This document shows, piece by piece, positions 37,642 to 47,620 of a stretch of DNA of 64,000 bases; within the stretch, counting starts at the first letter, position 1, and each line of letters starts with the position of its first letter. Under the pieces are notes generated by a model. It was given only the letters and a program-made list of their open reading frames with translations. It searched no databases and was not told where the DNA came from. A program made the position numbers and the translations under genes. Origin of the DNA: a virus; the IMG/VR virus record IMGVR_UViG_3300025120_000017, positions 1-64,000 of that record. One strand, given 5' to 3'.

Positions 37642-39327
37642 TTATGCCCAGTATCCATCAACTAAATCGGAAACTCCGAATGTTAAGTACATTGTTTCTG
37701 GGTGGTGACCTGCTCTAACTAATGCATATCTAGATTTGATAGCAATTTTTGGAGCCATAGTACCTTCAGCAATTGTCTCAACAGTATCAGCCATAATATA
37801 AGGCATGAATACTAAACCAGGAGTTTGACCATCACCTTTTCTACCAATAGCAATTCTTGTATCTCCCCATTCCATGTTAGGATCAACATAGATAGCAAGA
37901 CCAGCAAGATTACCAATTGGGTAAAGTGCGCCAGCAACTTGGTTTATTGTATTAGCGATTGGTGCAGCAATAAATCCAGCACAGTCTTGTAAACCTGAAG
38001 CAGTTTGAGCAGAACATACTGCAAACGTAGCAGGTCCTCTTCTTCCTCTAACAGAAACCATATTTGATGCAGCAAGAATTCTTGACATCAATCTTCTCTG
38101 TCTAGTTGAAAGGTTTTCAGCACCTGTGTTAACTGCATCAACTTGAGTAACTGAAGTACCTGCGCCAAAATACATAAATGATGGAGTTGAAACCTGAGCT
38201 TCTGTACCTACAGTTAATGTTGCAGCAGTAGCACCTAATACTAAGTGAAGTGATACACCAGATGTTGCAGTGATGTTAGCGTGATTAATTTTACCTAGGT
38301 CAAAAATGTTTCCTAAGATATCCTTATTCACGTTTTGAGTTAATTCATTTGCTAAGATTTGGTTTACTTGAGCAACAGCATCAATACCAAACTGCTTTAA
38401 ATCCTGAACTTGCTCTCTTGTTACAGCTGCAGCAGCTTGAACAGTTTTAGCCTCAACAGATTTACTGAATAATGTAATGTTCATTGTATTATCTGGAGTA
38501 GTTTCTCCTTCTAATCTTGACATTGCATCAGTTGAATCATATCGGTTACTTGAGAATCCTTGAATATGATCTTCTACACCTTTTACTAATTCTGCTTTAG
38601 AAATAATCTTTGTTGTAGCACTTGCACCAGTAACAGCAATTGCAGTTCCACCAACAGCAGTGTTAGCAGGAATAGCATCAGCAACTGAGTAATTTACACC
38701 AGCTGAATCAACCAATACTTCTGGCAATTTGAAAATTGCAAATCCATCAATTCTAGACTGACCTAAGAATGTAACAGATAAAGTACCTGTACCTGTTCCA
38801 GCAGGAATAGTATATGCAGTGTTAGCAGCTACACCTGTATAAACATCAAGTTTAGCTTTAATGAAAATTGGAGAATTTTTACCATCTCCAGCAGTTCCTG
38901 CAGGATATAGTGAATTTTGTGGAACATAACCAGCTTTACCACCAGCATAAACAAAATCCATGTAAGAAAGCATTCCAACAGGACCGTTCATTGGGATAAC
39001 AGGTACTAATTCCAATCCAATAGTTTGTGCAGCAACTTGAATTGCTAATGGAAGTAATGAATAAGGAACATCACCTGAACCTGTATCACCAGTACTCCAT
39101 CCATTACCAGGATTTTCAGGTAATGATACAGCACCCATACCATTTACAGATGCTTTATGTGCGAAAAAGTTATTTTCATTTAATGAACTGCTAGCTCTCT
39201 GAGCTTCGTAGTTCTCTTGGATTTGCAATGCTTTAGACATCCATCCAAGTTTGTGTGCAGGTACTTCTCCAACAGTTGATTCTACAACTGGCTTCCAAGT
39301 TTGCATCAATTTTGACTCGTTTAACAT
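37642..39327 (-). CDS. gp23: major capsid protein
   Basis: W.P N-terminus, PMNGPVG, SVEAKT, QDLKQFGIDA, ANEL...NK, VYVD-like IYVDP, FMPY, TMAPKIAIKSRYA. Confidence 0.95.
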   Translation of the reverse strand: MLNESKLMQTWKPVVESTVGEVPAHKLGWMSKALQIQENYEAQRASSSLNENNFFAHKASVNGMGAVSLPENPGNGWSTGDTGSGDVPYSLLPLAIQVAAQTIGLELVPVIPMNGPVGMLSYMDFVYAGGKAGYVPQNSLYPAGTAGDGKNSPIFIKAKLDVYTGVAANTAYTIPAGTGTGTLSVTFLGQSRIDGFAIFKLPEVLVDSAGVNYSVADAIPANTAVGGTAIAVTGASATTKIISKAELVKGVEDHIQGFSSNRYDSTDAMSRLEGETTPDNTMNITLFSKSVEAKTVQAAAAVTREQVQDLKQFGIDAVAQVNQILANELTQNVNKDILGNIFDLGKINHANITATSGVSLHLVLGATAATLTVGTEAQVSTPSFMYFGAGTSVTQVDAVNTGAENLSTRQRRLMSRILAASNMVSVRGRRGPATFAVCSAQTASGLQDCAGFIAAPIANTINQVAGALYPIGNLAGLAIYVDPNMEWGDTRIAIGRKGDGQTPGLVFMPYIMADTVETIAEGTMAPKIAIKSRYALVRAGHHPETMYLTFGVSDLVDGYWA

Positions 39328-39344
39328 TTTTTTGTTAATTTTTT

Positions 39345-40979
39345 TTAATGATTTGTTTTGAAGTTTTTATTATAGCCTTCAACAATTCTTAGTCTTCTAG
39401 CTGCTATTGCATTTTCTACTTCCTCAGCAGTTTTTTGCACTGGCATCTTTGAAGATTCTTTAATCATTTCAATTGTAGTGTTAGCAAATGTTGCATTCCA
39501 AAATTCTGTAACAGAACTTTCAGTTAGAAATTCACAAATTGTAGCTCTTTTAACAATTGATGATTTTTTAGATTCAGATAATGCTTCCCATAATTCTGTG
39601 TATTTTCCTGGCATCATTGATTTCCAGAAAGGTTCCTCAGTTTTATTAAACTCATTTTCCTCTTTTACTAATTCTTGTTTCTCTTCAGCTTTTTGCTTCT
39701 TAGCATCATCGATAATAGAATCAATTTTTTTATATAATCCAGTTATATATGTTTCAGATAAAGAAACATCAACTTTCTTTTTACGTTTTATTGGATTTTC
39801 TGTAAGTGCGCCTTCTTCTAATTTTGTTACAACATCAGTTGCTTCATCAGACCACTTCTCAATCCCAGTAACAGTTTCAGTAACATGTTCAGACCAATCT
39901 TCGATTCCTGATACAGTTTCAGTAACATGCTCAGACCAATTTTCGATTCCTGATACTGTAGTAGTTGCTTCATCGGACCAATCTTCGATTGCAGTAACAG
40001 TTTCAGTAACATGTTCAGACCAATCTTCGATTCCTGATACAGTTTCAGTAACATGCTCAGACCAATTTTCGATTCCTGATACAGTTTCAGTAACATGCTC
40101 AGACCAATTTTCGATTCCTGTTAGTTTATCTTCAAGAACTTTAATTCTATCAGATTCTGATTTAATTGTAGTGAACTCTTCAACTACATGATTAGACCAA
40201 TCCTCAATACCTTTAATCTTATCATTAATTAAATTTATAGATTCCTGTAATACATTACTATTGATATTATCAGCAATTTCATCATTTTGCTTAATAATTG
40301 CATTTTGTGCTTTCTGTAATTTATCAAGGTTTTCTTTAAGAGAATCAATAGTTTCTTTAGTGTATTTTGTAAATCCGTTAAGATCATCTTCAGATATAAA
40401 CTTCTGGTTATCTATTACAGGCTTCTTAGATAATTTAGATTCTGCAACTTCATACATAAAAAAGTTTGAAGATTTTGCATTTTCAATACCATAAGATTCG
40501 TTAACTGTATTTAATACTGCATTTTCAAATCCAGGGTCTGCAACTAAATCATATGTAAATAATTTATGAATCTTTACAGACTTATCTTCAGTTACTGTAC
40601 CTGCAGCTCTTGATGATATATGAAGAGGTACTCCTGCATCAACTAATGCCTTTGCATTTTTTCCTGCATCTGTATCAAGTAACTTTATTCTACCGTATAC
40701 TTTATTATCTTTTTCATCAAACCAAATTTTCTCTATAACATGAGAAGAATTTTTTAAGCTTGTTTCAAAAACCTTAGGGTGATCTAATTCACCTACAGCT
40801 TTACCTTGCTCAACTACCTTTTGTAATTGTGTTAAGTGAGGTAAAAAACCATCCTTAGTATAAATTCGACCATTTCTATTTTCTTCACCTAACTCAGTAA
40901 ACATACCCTCAAGTGTATAAGGATCAGATGTTTTCCCAATACTGGTTGATGATTTTTCTACTAATAATAATTCTTTCAT
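39345..40979 (-). CDS. gp21: prohead protease fused to a scaffold/core domain
   Basis: NRNGRIY, GELDHP, SH, DT..GK, ISSRAAG, YDLVADPGF in the first ~160 aa, then an acidic coiled coil. Confidence 0.92.
   Translation of the reverse strand: MKELLLVEKSSTSIGKTSDPYTLEGMFTELGEENRNGRIYTKDGFLPHLTQLQKVVEQGKAVGELDHPKVFETSLKNSSHVIEKIWFDEKDNKVYGRIKLLDTDAGKNAKALVDAGVPLHISSRAAGTVTEDKSVKIHKLFTYDLVADPGFENAVLNTVNESYGIENAKSSNFFMYEVAESKLSKKPVIDNQKFISEDDLNGFTKYTKETIDSLKENLDKLQKAQNAIIKQNDEIADNINSNVLQESINLINDKIKGIEDWSNHVVEEFTTIKSESDRIKVLEDKLTGIENWSEHVTETVSGIENWSEHVTETVSGIEDWSEHVTETVTAIEDWSDEATTTVSGIENWSEHVTETVSGIEDWSEHVTETVTGIEKWSDEATDVVTKLEEGALTENPIKRKKKVDVSLSETYITGLYKKIDSIIDDAKKQKAEEKQELVKEENEFNKTEEPFWKSMMPGKYTELWEALSESKKSSIVKRATICEFLTESSVTEFWNATFANTTIEMIKESSKMPVQKTAEEVENAIAARRLRIVEGYNKNFKTNH
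39828..40121 (-). repeat. seven tandem 42-bp (14-aa) repeats in the scaffold
   Basis: (S/T)GIE(N/D)WSEHVTETV units with two WSDEAT variants. Confidence 0.92.
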
Positions 40980-41006
40980 TTTTATAGAATTTTATTTTAT
41001 TTGTTT

Positions 41007-41025
41007 TATTTATTTATTTATTTAA
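41007..41025 (-). promoter_or_regulatory. putative late promoter, (TAAA)n array
   Basis: TTAAATAAATAAATAAATA upstream of the protease-capsid operon. Confidence 0.5.
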
Positions 41026-41039
41026 GTTGTGTTAACTTC

Positions 41040-42686
41040 TTAGAAGCCTAAATCCAAATCTGTATCAGGTTTACTATCTTTTTCGCTATCTTCACCTTCG
41101 TCACCTTCTTTATTATTTGTATTTATTTCTTCATCTTCTTTAGTCTTTAATTGCTCATTAAGGCGGATTTCATCTTCTGTCATTTTTAAATACTTTTTAA
41201 CAAGGTATTCATTAGAGAAGTATCTAACTTCATTACCTTCTTCATCAAAGTCAACTAATGAATCTTTAGCAGATGATATAACATCAATTCTTGCTTTAAA
41301 CATTTCCATTTCTTTAATTTCTTCAAATACATCATATTTAGACCAATCTAAATAAACATCAGCATCAAAGCTTGGGTCATCTTTAAGTTCTATAATATCT
41401 ACTTTAGTTTGTAATATAGTAGGCTTGACTAAAATTTCTTGAAATTGTGCTCGTATTCTACTTAAAAACCGCTCAAAATATATTTCTTCTCTGGTATATC
41501 CTTCAGGTGAAGATTCCCATGTAGGAGATTCATCTTTAATAAATCGGTTTTTAGGTAATTTAGAAACTGATATTAATTTATCTCTAAAGTATTCTAATTG
41601 ACCTGTGTCTGATAAATCAGGACCTTCACCGCCAATGGTTTCAATCTGTGGAGTTCCACTATCACCTTCAGGAACCCAATATTCTTTATTGAACGGTAAC
41701 ATTGGTTTACCATTAACTTCTAATTCACCGCTATCTGTATCAAAATTAATGTTTTCTCTATATGCTTGCATTAAGTTAGATACTGTTTGCTTTGCAATGT
41801 TTTTAGATTTACCTGCTACAGGTATAATAAATTTAGTTTTATATGAAGAATTTACAACAGACCAAATAATTCTTGACTGTTCCATGATTCTTAAAAGATT
41901 AAATGATCTTACAAGCCTTTCAGCATATGAAATTCTACCTTCGCTATTAATTGCAGAATATGATAATAAAATAACCTGGGAATCATTAAGTTCTCTAGCT
42001 TTAATAGGATCATTATCATATTGGATCCAACCTCTTGTACCATCTTTAAACACTTTAGGTGTTAGTGAAATTGGATCAAGTTCTTTAAATCCAATAATAT
42101 TCTTATTAGATCTATCCCAAATAATTTCAAATGATAGGTAACCATCTACTGCATATTTTTTACCATAATGCCATGCAGTATTTTCATTCTTAAAGCCGAA
42201 CATTCTATACATCTTTCTAAAATTAGAAGATAGCGTTTCATTAATTCGTTTTCTTTCTGATTTTTTTATATTAAGATCTTCTTCCCATTTAATATTAGCA
42301 AAGTATTTCTTTGTGTCATACACAATTAGTTCATCTACAAGAATATCTAAAATTTGTTCAATTTCATCTTGTAAACTATATTTTCTTAACTGATCTCTTT
42401 TAGCAGGATATTCCTGGTCAAAAAATGGAATGTTCTTTTTGCTATAAACATCTGCAGCTGCAAAATTATAAAGATCATTTAAGTCAACATTATCTTGGCC
42501 GTATCGAAGAAGTGAATTGTTTTGTTGCCATCCTAATTCATTTTCTAAACTACCAATAGCCTCAGAGTTTAGTATAACAGAATCCTTATAATCAAATCCT
42601 TTCCCTGCAAGATTTCTTAGTGAAGGTGAGTTAAATGTACTCCCTCCAGTTTTTATTGTTTTTAAGCTTTTATATATACTTGCCAT
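41040..42686 (-). CDS. gp20: portal vertex protein
   Basis: EIE..LD..VDE, VDG, ELDP, SYAER...FNLLRIME, KEYWVP, IETIGG, YFRDKL, KLPKNR, TREEIYFERFL.R.R. Confidence 0.95.
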   Translation of the reverse strand: MASIYKSLKTIKTGGSTFNSPSLRNLAGKGFDYKDSVILNSEAIGSLENELGWQQNNSLLRYGQDNVDLNDLYNFAAADVYSKKNIPFFDQEYPAKRDQLRKYSLQDEIEQILDILVDELIVYDTKKYFANIKWEEDLNIKKSERKRINETLSSNFRKMYRMFGFKNENTAWHYGKKYAVDGYLSFEIIWDRSNKNIIGFKELDPISLTPKVFKDGTRGWIQYDNDPIKARELNDSQVILLSYSAINSEGRISYAERLVRSFNLLRIMEQSRIIWSVVNSSYKTKFIIPVAGKSKNIAKQTVSNLMQAYRENINFDTDSGELEVNGKPMLPFNKEYWVPEGDSGTPQIETIGGEGPDLSDTGQLEYFRDKLISVSKLPKNRFIKDESPTWESSPEGYTREEIYFERFLSRIRAQFQEILVKPTILQTKVDIIELKDDPSFDADVYLDWSKYDVFEEIKEMEMFKARIDVISSAKDSLVDFDEEGNEVRYFSNEYLVKKYLKMTEDEIRLNEQLKTKEDEEINTNNKEGDEGEDSEKDSKPDTDLDLGF

Positions 42687-42689
42687 CTT

Positions 42690-43301
42690 CTATAGTTTTG
42701 ACGCTTTGTATTTTTTAATCATTTCATCGTAGTCAATACCTTCAAAATTCTCAATAGATAAGAATGCAACATTAATCCAAGTTTCATAACTACAAACATA
42801 TACCCTACTTTTTCTGCTTGGTATATACTTTCTTATTGCAAATGGAAATCCGTATTTTGTTAAAAGTATTTTTAGTACGTTATATTTATATTTAATTCTT
42901 GCTTGTAATAGTGCATTTCCTGCATTTCTCCCAGTAGACTGTGATTTATAGAATTCTCCATATAGTTGAGTAAGCATGTTTAAGATATACCATTTATATG
43001 GATATGGAATAAAATTAAGATTTAATGCTAAATCATAAACATTGCCATTATCTTCTTTAATCGTTCCTAAACTTATAACAATAGGCTTCTTATCATAATA
43101 ATCTAAAATCTTTTTACCTTTAGGATTATATGTAAATATGTGTATCTTTCCAGGTTCTAAATGTCCTTTTTGTTGAGGAGCACGTGCAACAGATAAATTT
43201 TCAAATTTTTTAGCGCTTGTATACCAGCTATATGAATCTGATTTAGCTTTTCGTAAACCTACACGATTTTGGATTTTTTTAATTTCAGTTAAGAGTGTCA
43301 T
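42690..43301 (-). CDS. gp2: DNA end protector protein
   Basis: PGKIHIFTYNPKGK..LDYYDKKP, LNLNFIP, IRKY. Confidence 0.8.
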   Translation of the reverse strand: MTLLTEIKKIQNRVGLRKAKSDSYSWYTSAKKFENLSVARAPQQKGHLEPGKIHIFTYNPKGKKILDYYDKKPIVISLGTIKEDNGNVYDLALNLNFIPYPYKWYILNMLTQLYGEFYKSQSTGRNAGNALLQARIKYKYNVLKILLTKYGFPFAIRKYIPSRKSRVYVCSYETWINVAFLSIENFEGIDYDEMIKKYKASKL

Positions 43302-43768
43302 ACGTTTTTAAACCAAGTCTCATCTGCTATTCTAAACTTCCATCCTTTAGATTCGCAGTATTTTAGTGCAGCTTGAAATTTGCACATATTTTTTGTGTAC
43401 TGTTCTAGATTATATAAATAACTCTTAAGTGATTTTTTTGTTTTTCTCTTTGGTTGAGAAGGTTTTAGAAGATGCTGGCGCGGCTTTACCTCTATTAATA
43501 CACGTTTACCTGTATCTAATACAATTAAAAAGTCTGGATAGTATGTAGCATATCTATTATTGTATGTATCAAAGTACTTAATGCCTACAGGTTCACTAGA
43601 CCAATTAGTTACGTTAGGATTTCTCTCAGCCCATACACAAAATCTATATTCCCATGAGCTTCTATAAATAACAGGACCTTTGCCAAAATATTTTTTAGAT
43701 TCATTTATTGGAAAATACCCTTGTTTGGTTTTGGCGTCTTTTCTAGGTTTTAAATTTTTTATTGACAA
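43298..43768 (-). CDS. gp4: head completion nuclease (TnsA-like)
   Basis: KY.G...VIYRSSWE, WSSE, YYPDF, IEVKP, KFQAA, F.I..E. Confidence 0.9.
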   Translation of the reverse strand: MSIKNLKPRKDAKTKQGYFPINESKKYFGKGPVIYRSSWEYRFCVWAERNPNVTNWSSEPVGIKYFDTYNNRYATYYPDFLIVLDTGKRVLIEVKPRQHLLKPSQPKRKTKKSLKSYLYNLEQYTKNMCKFQAALKYCESKGWKFRIADETWFKNV

Positions 43769-43783
43769 CCCATAAAATTATTT

Positions 43784-44614
43784 TTATGTATTAAATAAGT
43801 CAGTCCCATCATCATTATTAAATCCTGCATCTAGTGAAATAAACTTACCCTTATCTTTTTTAGGTCGAAGTTCTTTAAATCCTTTTGCATATCCATTGAT
43901 ACATATTGATGTAAAGTATGAAAATGGATTAGGGTCTTTTACTACTGCATTAGTTTTATAAACCCAACACTCAGAATATTTAATATCATCTTTAGGCAAT
44001 CCAAGTATTTTATACTTTACTCTAACTCTTGTTTTTAAAGGATCAAAAATACCTGTTTGATTATTTGAAAATGTTTTTAGTAATAGTTCAGAAACTGTTG
44101 GCATTTCAGGTGGTAGCCTATATCCAGGTTTTTTAAATAAGTGTGGGTTAGCTTTAATGAAACCTTCTCGTGCTACTGTCCAATCAATATTTAAGTCTGT
44201 AATCTTTAAATAACTAATTTTTTTATCTTTTCGTATTCCTATTTCAACTCCTGAAACTGTTTCACATTTTAAAATTGACTCTCTGTTGCTAGGGTCTTTA
44301 TAAAATTTCATGTCTCTTGATTCACTTGATAATTCTATTTTTCCACCACTTCCTTTATAGTCAATTAATTCAAAGCCAAAAGATCTTACAGAATAAGGAT
44401 TAAATTTTGTCCATCTTTTAATTAAATCAAAGTATGCTTCAGATAAGCAATGCTGTTTATCATCATCGCAAGAGTAATATAATTTTCTTTGTGTTCTTTG
44501 GGCAAGCTTCATTAACATGTCTAATCCTTTACGTGTTAAGCTTTCTTGTTCTATAGACAAATACAGTTCTTCTAAAAGATCTACATTGTTTACATAATTT
44601 CTTGTTCTTGCCAT
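43784..44614 (-). CDS. gp55: late sigma factor with ~150-aa insertion
   Basis: NYVNN..L start, KFNP and NPFSYFTSI motifs; likely start ATG 44614 because the longer ORF runs through a terminator and promoter. Confidence 0.8.
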   Translation of the reverse strand: MARTRNYVNNVDLLEELYLSIEQESLTRKGLDMLMKLAQRTQRKLYYSCDDDKQHCLSEAYFDLIKRWTKFNPYSVRSFGFELIDYKGSGGKIELSSESRDMKFYKDPSNRESILKCETVSGVEIGIRKDKKISYLKITDLNIDWTVAREGFIKANPHLFKKPGYRLPPEMPTVSELLLKTFSNNQTGIFDPLKTRVRVKYKILGLPKDDIKYSECWVYKTNAVVKDPNPFSYFTSICINGYAKGFKELRPKKDKGKFISLDAGFNNDDGTDLFNT

Positions 44615-44637
44615 TTTTAGAGTATTTGGTATAATTA

Positions 44638-44667
44638 TTAAATCAAATAACTTGGAGAAATGTTTAA
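44638..44667 (-). promoter_or_regulatory. putative middle (ECF) promoter for gp55
   Basis: TTAAACA-N16-GATTTAA. Confidence 0.55.
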
Positions 44668-44693
44668 AAAAACGGGCAGCAAATGCCACCCGT
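44666..44693 (-). terminator. intrinsic terminator
   Basis: ACGGGUGGC-AUUU-GCUGCCCGU followed by a U run; G-U pairs form only on the minus strand. Confidence 0.8.
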
Positions 44694-44721
44694 CTAATAT
44701 AATTTAAGAATTGTTTTTAAC

Positions 44722-45309
44722 CTATTTTTTATGAGTATATCCTAACTTAGACATTCTCTCATGATCTTCAGGTTTTTCTGCTTTATATGCTTTTCCTGTT
44801 TCAGTATCATACATCATATGGGGTTTAAACTCTTTTTCATTAGTTTCACCTGCAACACAATCATCACAGTCTTCATCATAAGAGCTATGTACATCACATG
44901 ATTCATTAACTACAGATTCAAATATCCATTGAGCAAGTTCCTCACCTTCCATAGATTTCATTACATTAATAATATCCTCAGCTACATAATTAAGCTCATC
45001 CCATATTGCAAATCTACCTAAATCCTCAGTAAAAGTTTCTCCATCAGATACATTAACTGTAAATGTTGTATCAGGTTTACCTTCACTGCCATCTCTACCC
45101 CAATCATGCGCTATCTCTAAAATAAATGAGTTTGCACGTTGTTTGAATTCATATGTAATTGTTCTTGAATACTTATCAACTCTAAATTTAGCTAATTTTA
45201 CTTTATATGGTTTAAGCTGTTTAGCTAATTCCTTGCTAACACCATTCCAAAAACCCTTATCATTATATGATTCTTTTGATTCATTTAAGAACTCTCTATA
45301 TCCTTTCAT
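44722..45309 (-). CDS. putative capsid-internal protein
   Basis: Starts MKGYREFLNES; internal IFES, VNES, TNE; C-terminal FKPHMMYD...GYTH module. Confidence 0.65.
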   Translation of the reverse strand: MKGYREFLNESKESYNDKGFWNGVSKELAKQLKPYKVKLAKFRVDKYSRTITYEFKQRANSFILEIAHDWGRDGSEGKPDTTFTVNVSDGETFTEDLGRFAIWDELNYVAEDIINVMKSMEGEELAQWIFESVVNESCDVHSSYDEDCDDCVAGETNEKEFKPHMMYDTETGKAYKAEKPEDHERMSKLGYTHKK

Positions 45310-45327
45310 CTTAGGTTACTTTTTATT

Positions 45328-45903
45328 TTATATGGTTATAGAATTAAGCATTTCTTCTTTTCTAAATACTAAACTTCTTGGATCATCAGAAAGAGCAAAG
45401 GTAGTACTGTACATAGCGCTAAGCTTAGCACCAATATCTTTACCATTTTTATCAGTTACGATATATTCTTTAAATGCATTTGATGCTCTACCAAAGTCTT
45501 TAACAGTATAAACATTAGTGTCTGTGTTAAACTTAGAACCAATCTTTATTTTATTGAAGATTTTAGTTCCAAGCATGCTAATTTTGCTTCCAGATATATC
45601 TGCTTCATTAACATGCTTTGCTTCATCAAGTAATTCTTCTTTATCAGCCAAGAAATCATTCAATGAAATTCTAATTGCATTCAAATCATCTTCTGCTTCA
45701 TCAATTAACCTTTTGTGTTCTGGTACTTTAACATTTCTTGTTTTTGCAAGTACTTCTTCATGACAAGTATCAATTAACCCCCAAATTTCTGAAATTGTAA
45801 TAATATCTTTCTTATCTTTCTTAGAAAAATTCTTAGACTTCTTTATTTGTTTGATAGTTTCTTTGTCGTAATTTTCATTTAAAAAGCTTTTATAACTCTT
45901 CAT
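45328..45903 (-). CDS. putative capsid-internal protein
   Basis: Starts MKSYKSFLNEN; internal LDEA and VNEA. Confidence 0.65.
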   Translation of the reverse strand: MKSYKSFLNENYDKETIKQIKKSKNFSKKDKKDIITISEIWGLIDTCHEEVLAKTRNVKVPEHKRLIDEAEDDLNAIRISLNDFLADKEELLDEAKHVNEADISGSKISMLGTKIFNKIKIGSKFNTDTNVYTVKDFGRASNAFKEYIVTDKNGKDIGAKLSAMYSTTFALSDDPRSLVFRKEEMLNSITI

Positions 45904-45922
45904 CTAAAATGTTTTTTATTTT

Positions 45923-47602
45923 TTATTCATAAGGAACAAAACTAAATGTCTTATCCATCTTATCTGAGTCATTATCCTTTTCTTCATATGAAATTACATC
46001 GCCAACCATTGCAATAGTGTCAACATAAAAGTTATAAACATCAAGACCTATTGTTTTACTTAAAACTTTCTTTGGTTTATTACCTAAGTATATTGCACCA
46101 TCTTCACGAAATTGATAATCATCTGTATCTTTTCTTAATTTCTTAAAAACGCTCTTAACTGTATCAGATAATGCTTTTGGTACTGATGCAACAAATTCAT
46201 CAAATGACTTATCTTCATTAACTTTTCCTAAAGCTTTCTTTAATTCAATGTTAAGTAATTCAAGAACATTAGTAATTCCATCAACTTCTTCATTTGTATA
46301 CTTTGCTTTAGCTTCTAACAAAAACTTAACCTTTTCAGATTTAGCAATAGTACATTTAGAATCTAAAGATTTAAAAGATTTAGAACAATCTGACTTTTCT
46401 CCTTCGTTCATTGAATCATAAAAAGATAACGCTTCATCAAGTTCAGTAAAGATTGCATCAGAATCTTTAACCATTTTTGATAAATTGATGTCTTTAACCT
46501 TTTTAGCAAATTCTACTGCCTTTAAGTTTACTTTAATACTTTCAAGAACTGGGATAATATCTAACTTATAACCTTTAGCAAAAGATTCCACAATAGAATC
46601 AAAATTGTCTCCGGTAATTTCTGTCATTTCATTTGTTCTTTCAAAAGAATTTACAGTATTAAGTAATATTTTGTTATTTGCTAATTTAATGAAAGATGTT
46701 TTAAAACTTTCGTTAGCCATTTTTATACTCTTTACACATTCAATAACAGCATACTCATTAGCGTTATCAAACATAAACTCAAGTACTGATTTAACATCTT
46801 TGTCAAAATAATCAACAACTCTTGTTACATTAAGAGCAGTTAATATAGATTCTTTCCCAAAGAATTCATTTTCACCGATAAAGAATTTGTTTTCGCCTTC
46901 ATCAGTTGCTACTATTTTAATATAGCCATTTTTTGTTTCCATTACAAATTCACCAGCATCTGCATTAAACATAGATAATGCTCTAAGTCCATAATTAAAT
47001 TTACCAGAAACTTTACCTTCAAATTTCTTTAGACTTGTTAGTGATGAGTTGGTTTCGTAATTTATTCCATTTAAGTTAAAAACATAACCACTTTCAGTAA
47101 TCATTACTGGTGATACATGTTCTTTTTCAACAATTGCTTTAACAGAGTTGCTTACCGCAAATTCCACCTTTTCATAATTTTCTAAAAATACTCTTAAAGA
47201 TGGTATAAATTTAAAAGCTTTTAATTTATGTAAGTTTTCTTTAATCTTAGATTCCTTCATAGGAACTAATTCATTAAGAGTGTCAATTGCAGACTGATAA
47301 GTTGCTCTATGATTACTTGAATCTAATGAGTTAAGAATCTGTTCTAATTGTACACCTACTTGATTTTCATTGATAAACTTAGAGTAATCATTGATGAATC
47401 CATCAACTTCTGAAATCCAATTGTATGCATTAAGAGTGTTCATAAAAGAACCGAATAATCCAGGATTAACACCTTTCTTAAATTCATATATACCTTTTGA
47501 GCAAATACTATTAGCTTCAGCATGATCTTTAACAGATTCATTAAGAGTTTCTAATTTTTCAATTAAGTTAAATTTTTCTTTGATATTGATTTTCATTTCC
47601 AA
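45923..47602 (-). CDS. large late protein, possible head core component
   Basis: AATAAATA at 47618-47625; many xNE/xxES sites (LNES, INEN, ITES, ANES, VNED). Confidence 0.5.
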   Translation of the reverse strand: MEMKINIKEKFNLIEKLETLNESVKDHAEANSICSKGIYEFKKGVNPGLFGSFMNTLNAYNWISEVDGFINDYSKFINENQVGVQLEQILNSLDSSNHRATYQSAIDTLNELVPMKESKIKENLHKLKAFKFIPSLRVFLENYEKVEFAVSNSVKAIVEKEHVSPVMITESGYVFNLNGINYETNSSLTSLKKFEGKVSGKFNYGLRALSMFNADAGEFVMETKNGYIKIVATDEGENKFFIGENEFFGKESILTALNVTRVVDYFDKDVKSVLEFMFDNANEYAVIECVKSIKMANESFKTSFIKLANNKILLNTVNSFERTNEMTEITGDNFDSIVESFAKGYKLDIIPVLESIKVNLKAVEFAKKVKDINLSKMVKDSDAIFTELDEALSFYDSMNEGEKSDCSKSFKSLDSKCTIAKSEKVKFLLEAKAKYTNEEVDGITNVLELLNIELKKALGKVNEDKSFDEFVASVPKALSDTVKSVFKKLRKDTDDYQFREDGAIYLGNKPKKVLSKTIGLDVYNFYVDTIAMVGDVISYEEKDNDSDKMDKTFSFVPYE

Positions 47603-47620
47603 ACCATTTATTTTTTATAT

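Noticed and set aside
39828-40121. 42-bp repeat array as a CRISPR array
   Set aside because: Units are contiguous with no unique spacers, are a multiple of three, and encode an in-frame peptide repeat; no cas genes are present
43937-44392. Canonical intein in gp55
   Set aside because: Starts with Ser but lacks TxxH and a terminal HN followed by C/S/T; kept as an unknown insertion
44615-44689. N-terminal 25-aa extension of gp55 in the ORF track
   Set aside because: Overlaps a terminator and the promoter motif; the conserved NYVNN start follows ATG 44614
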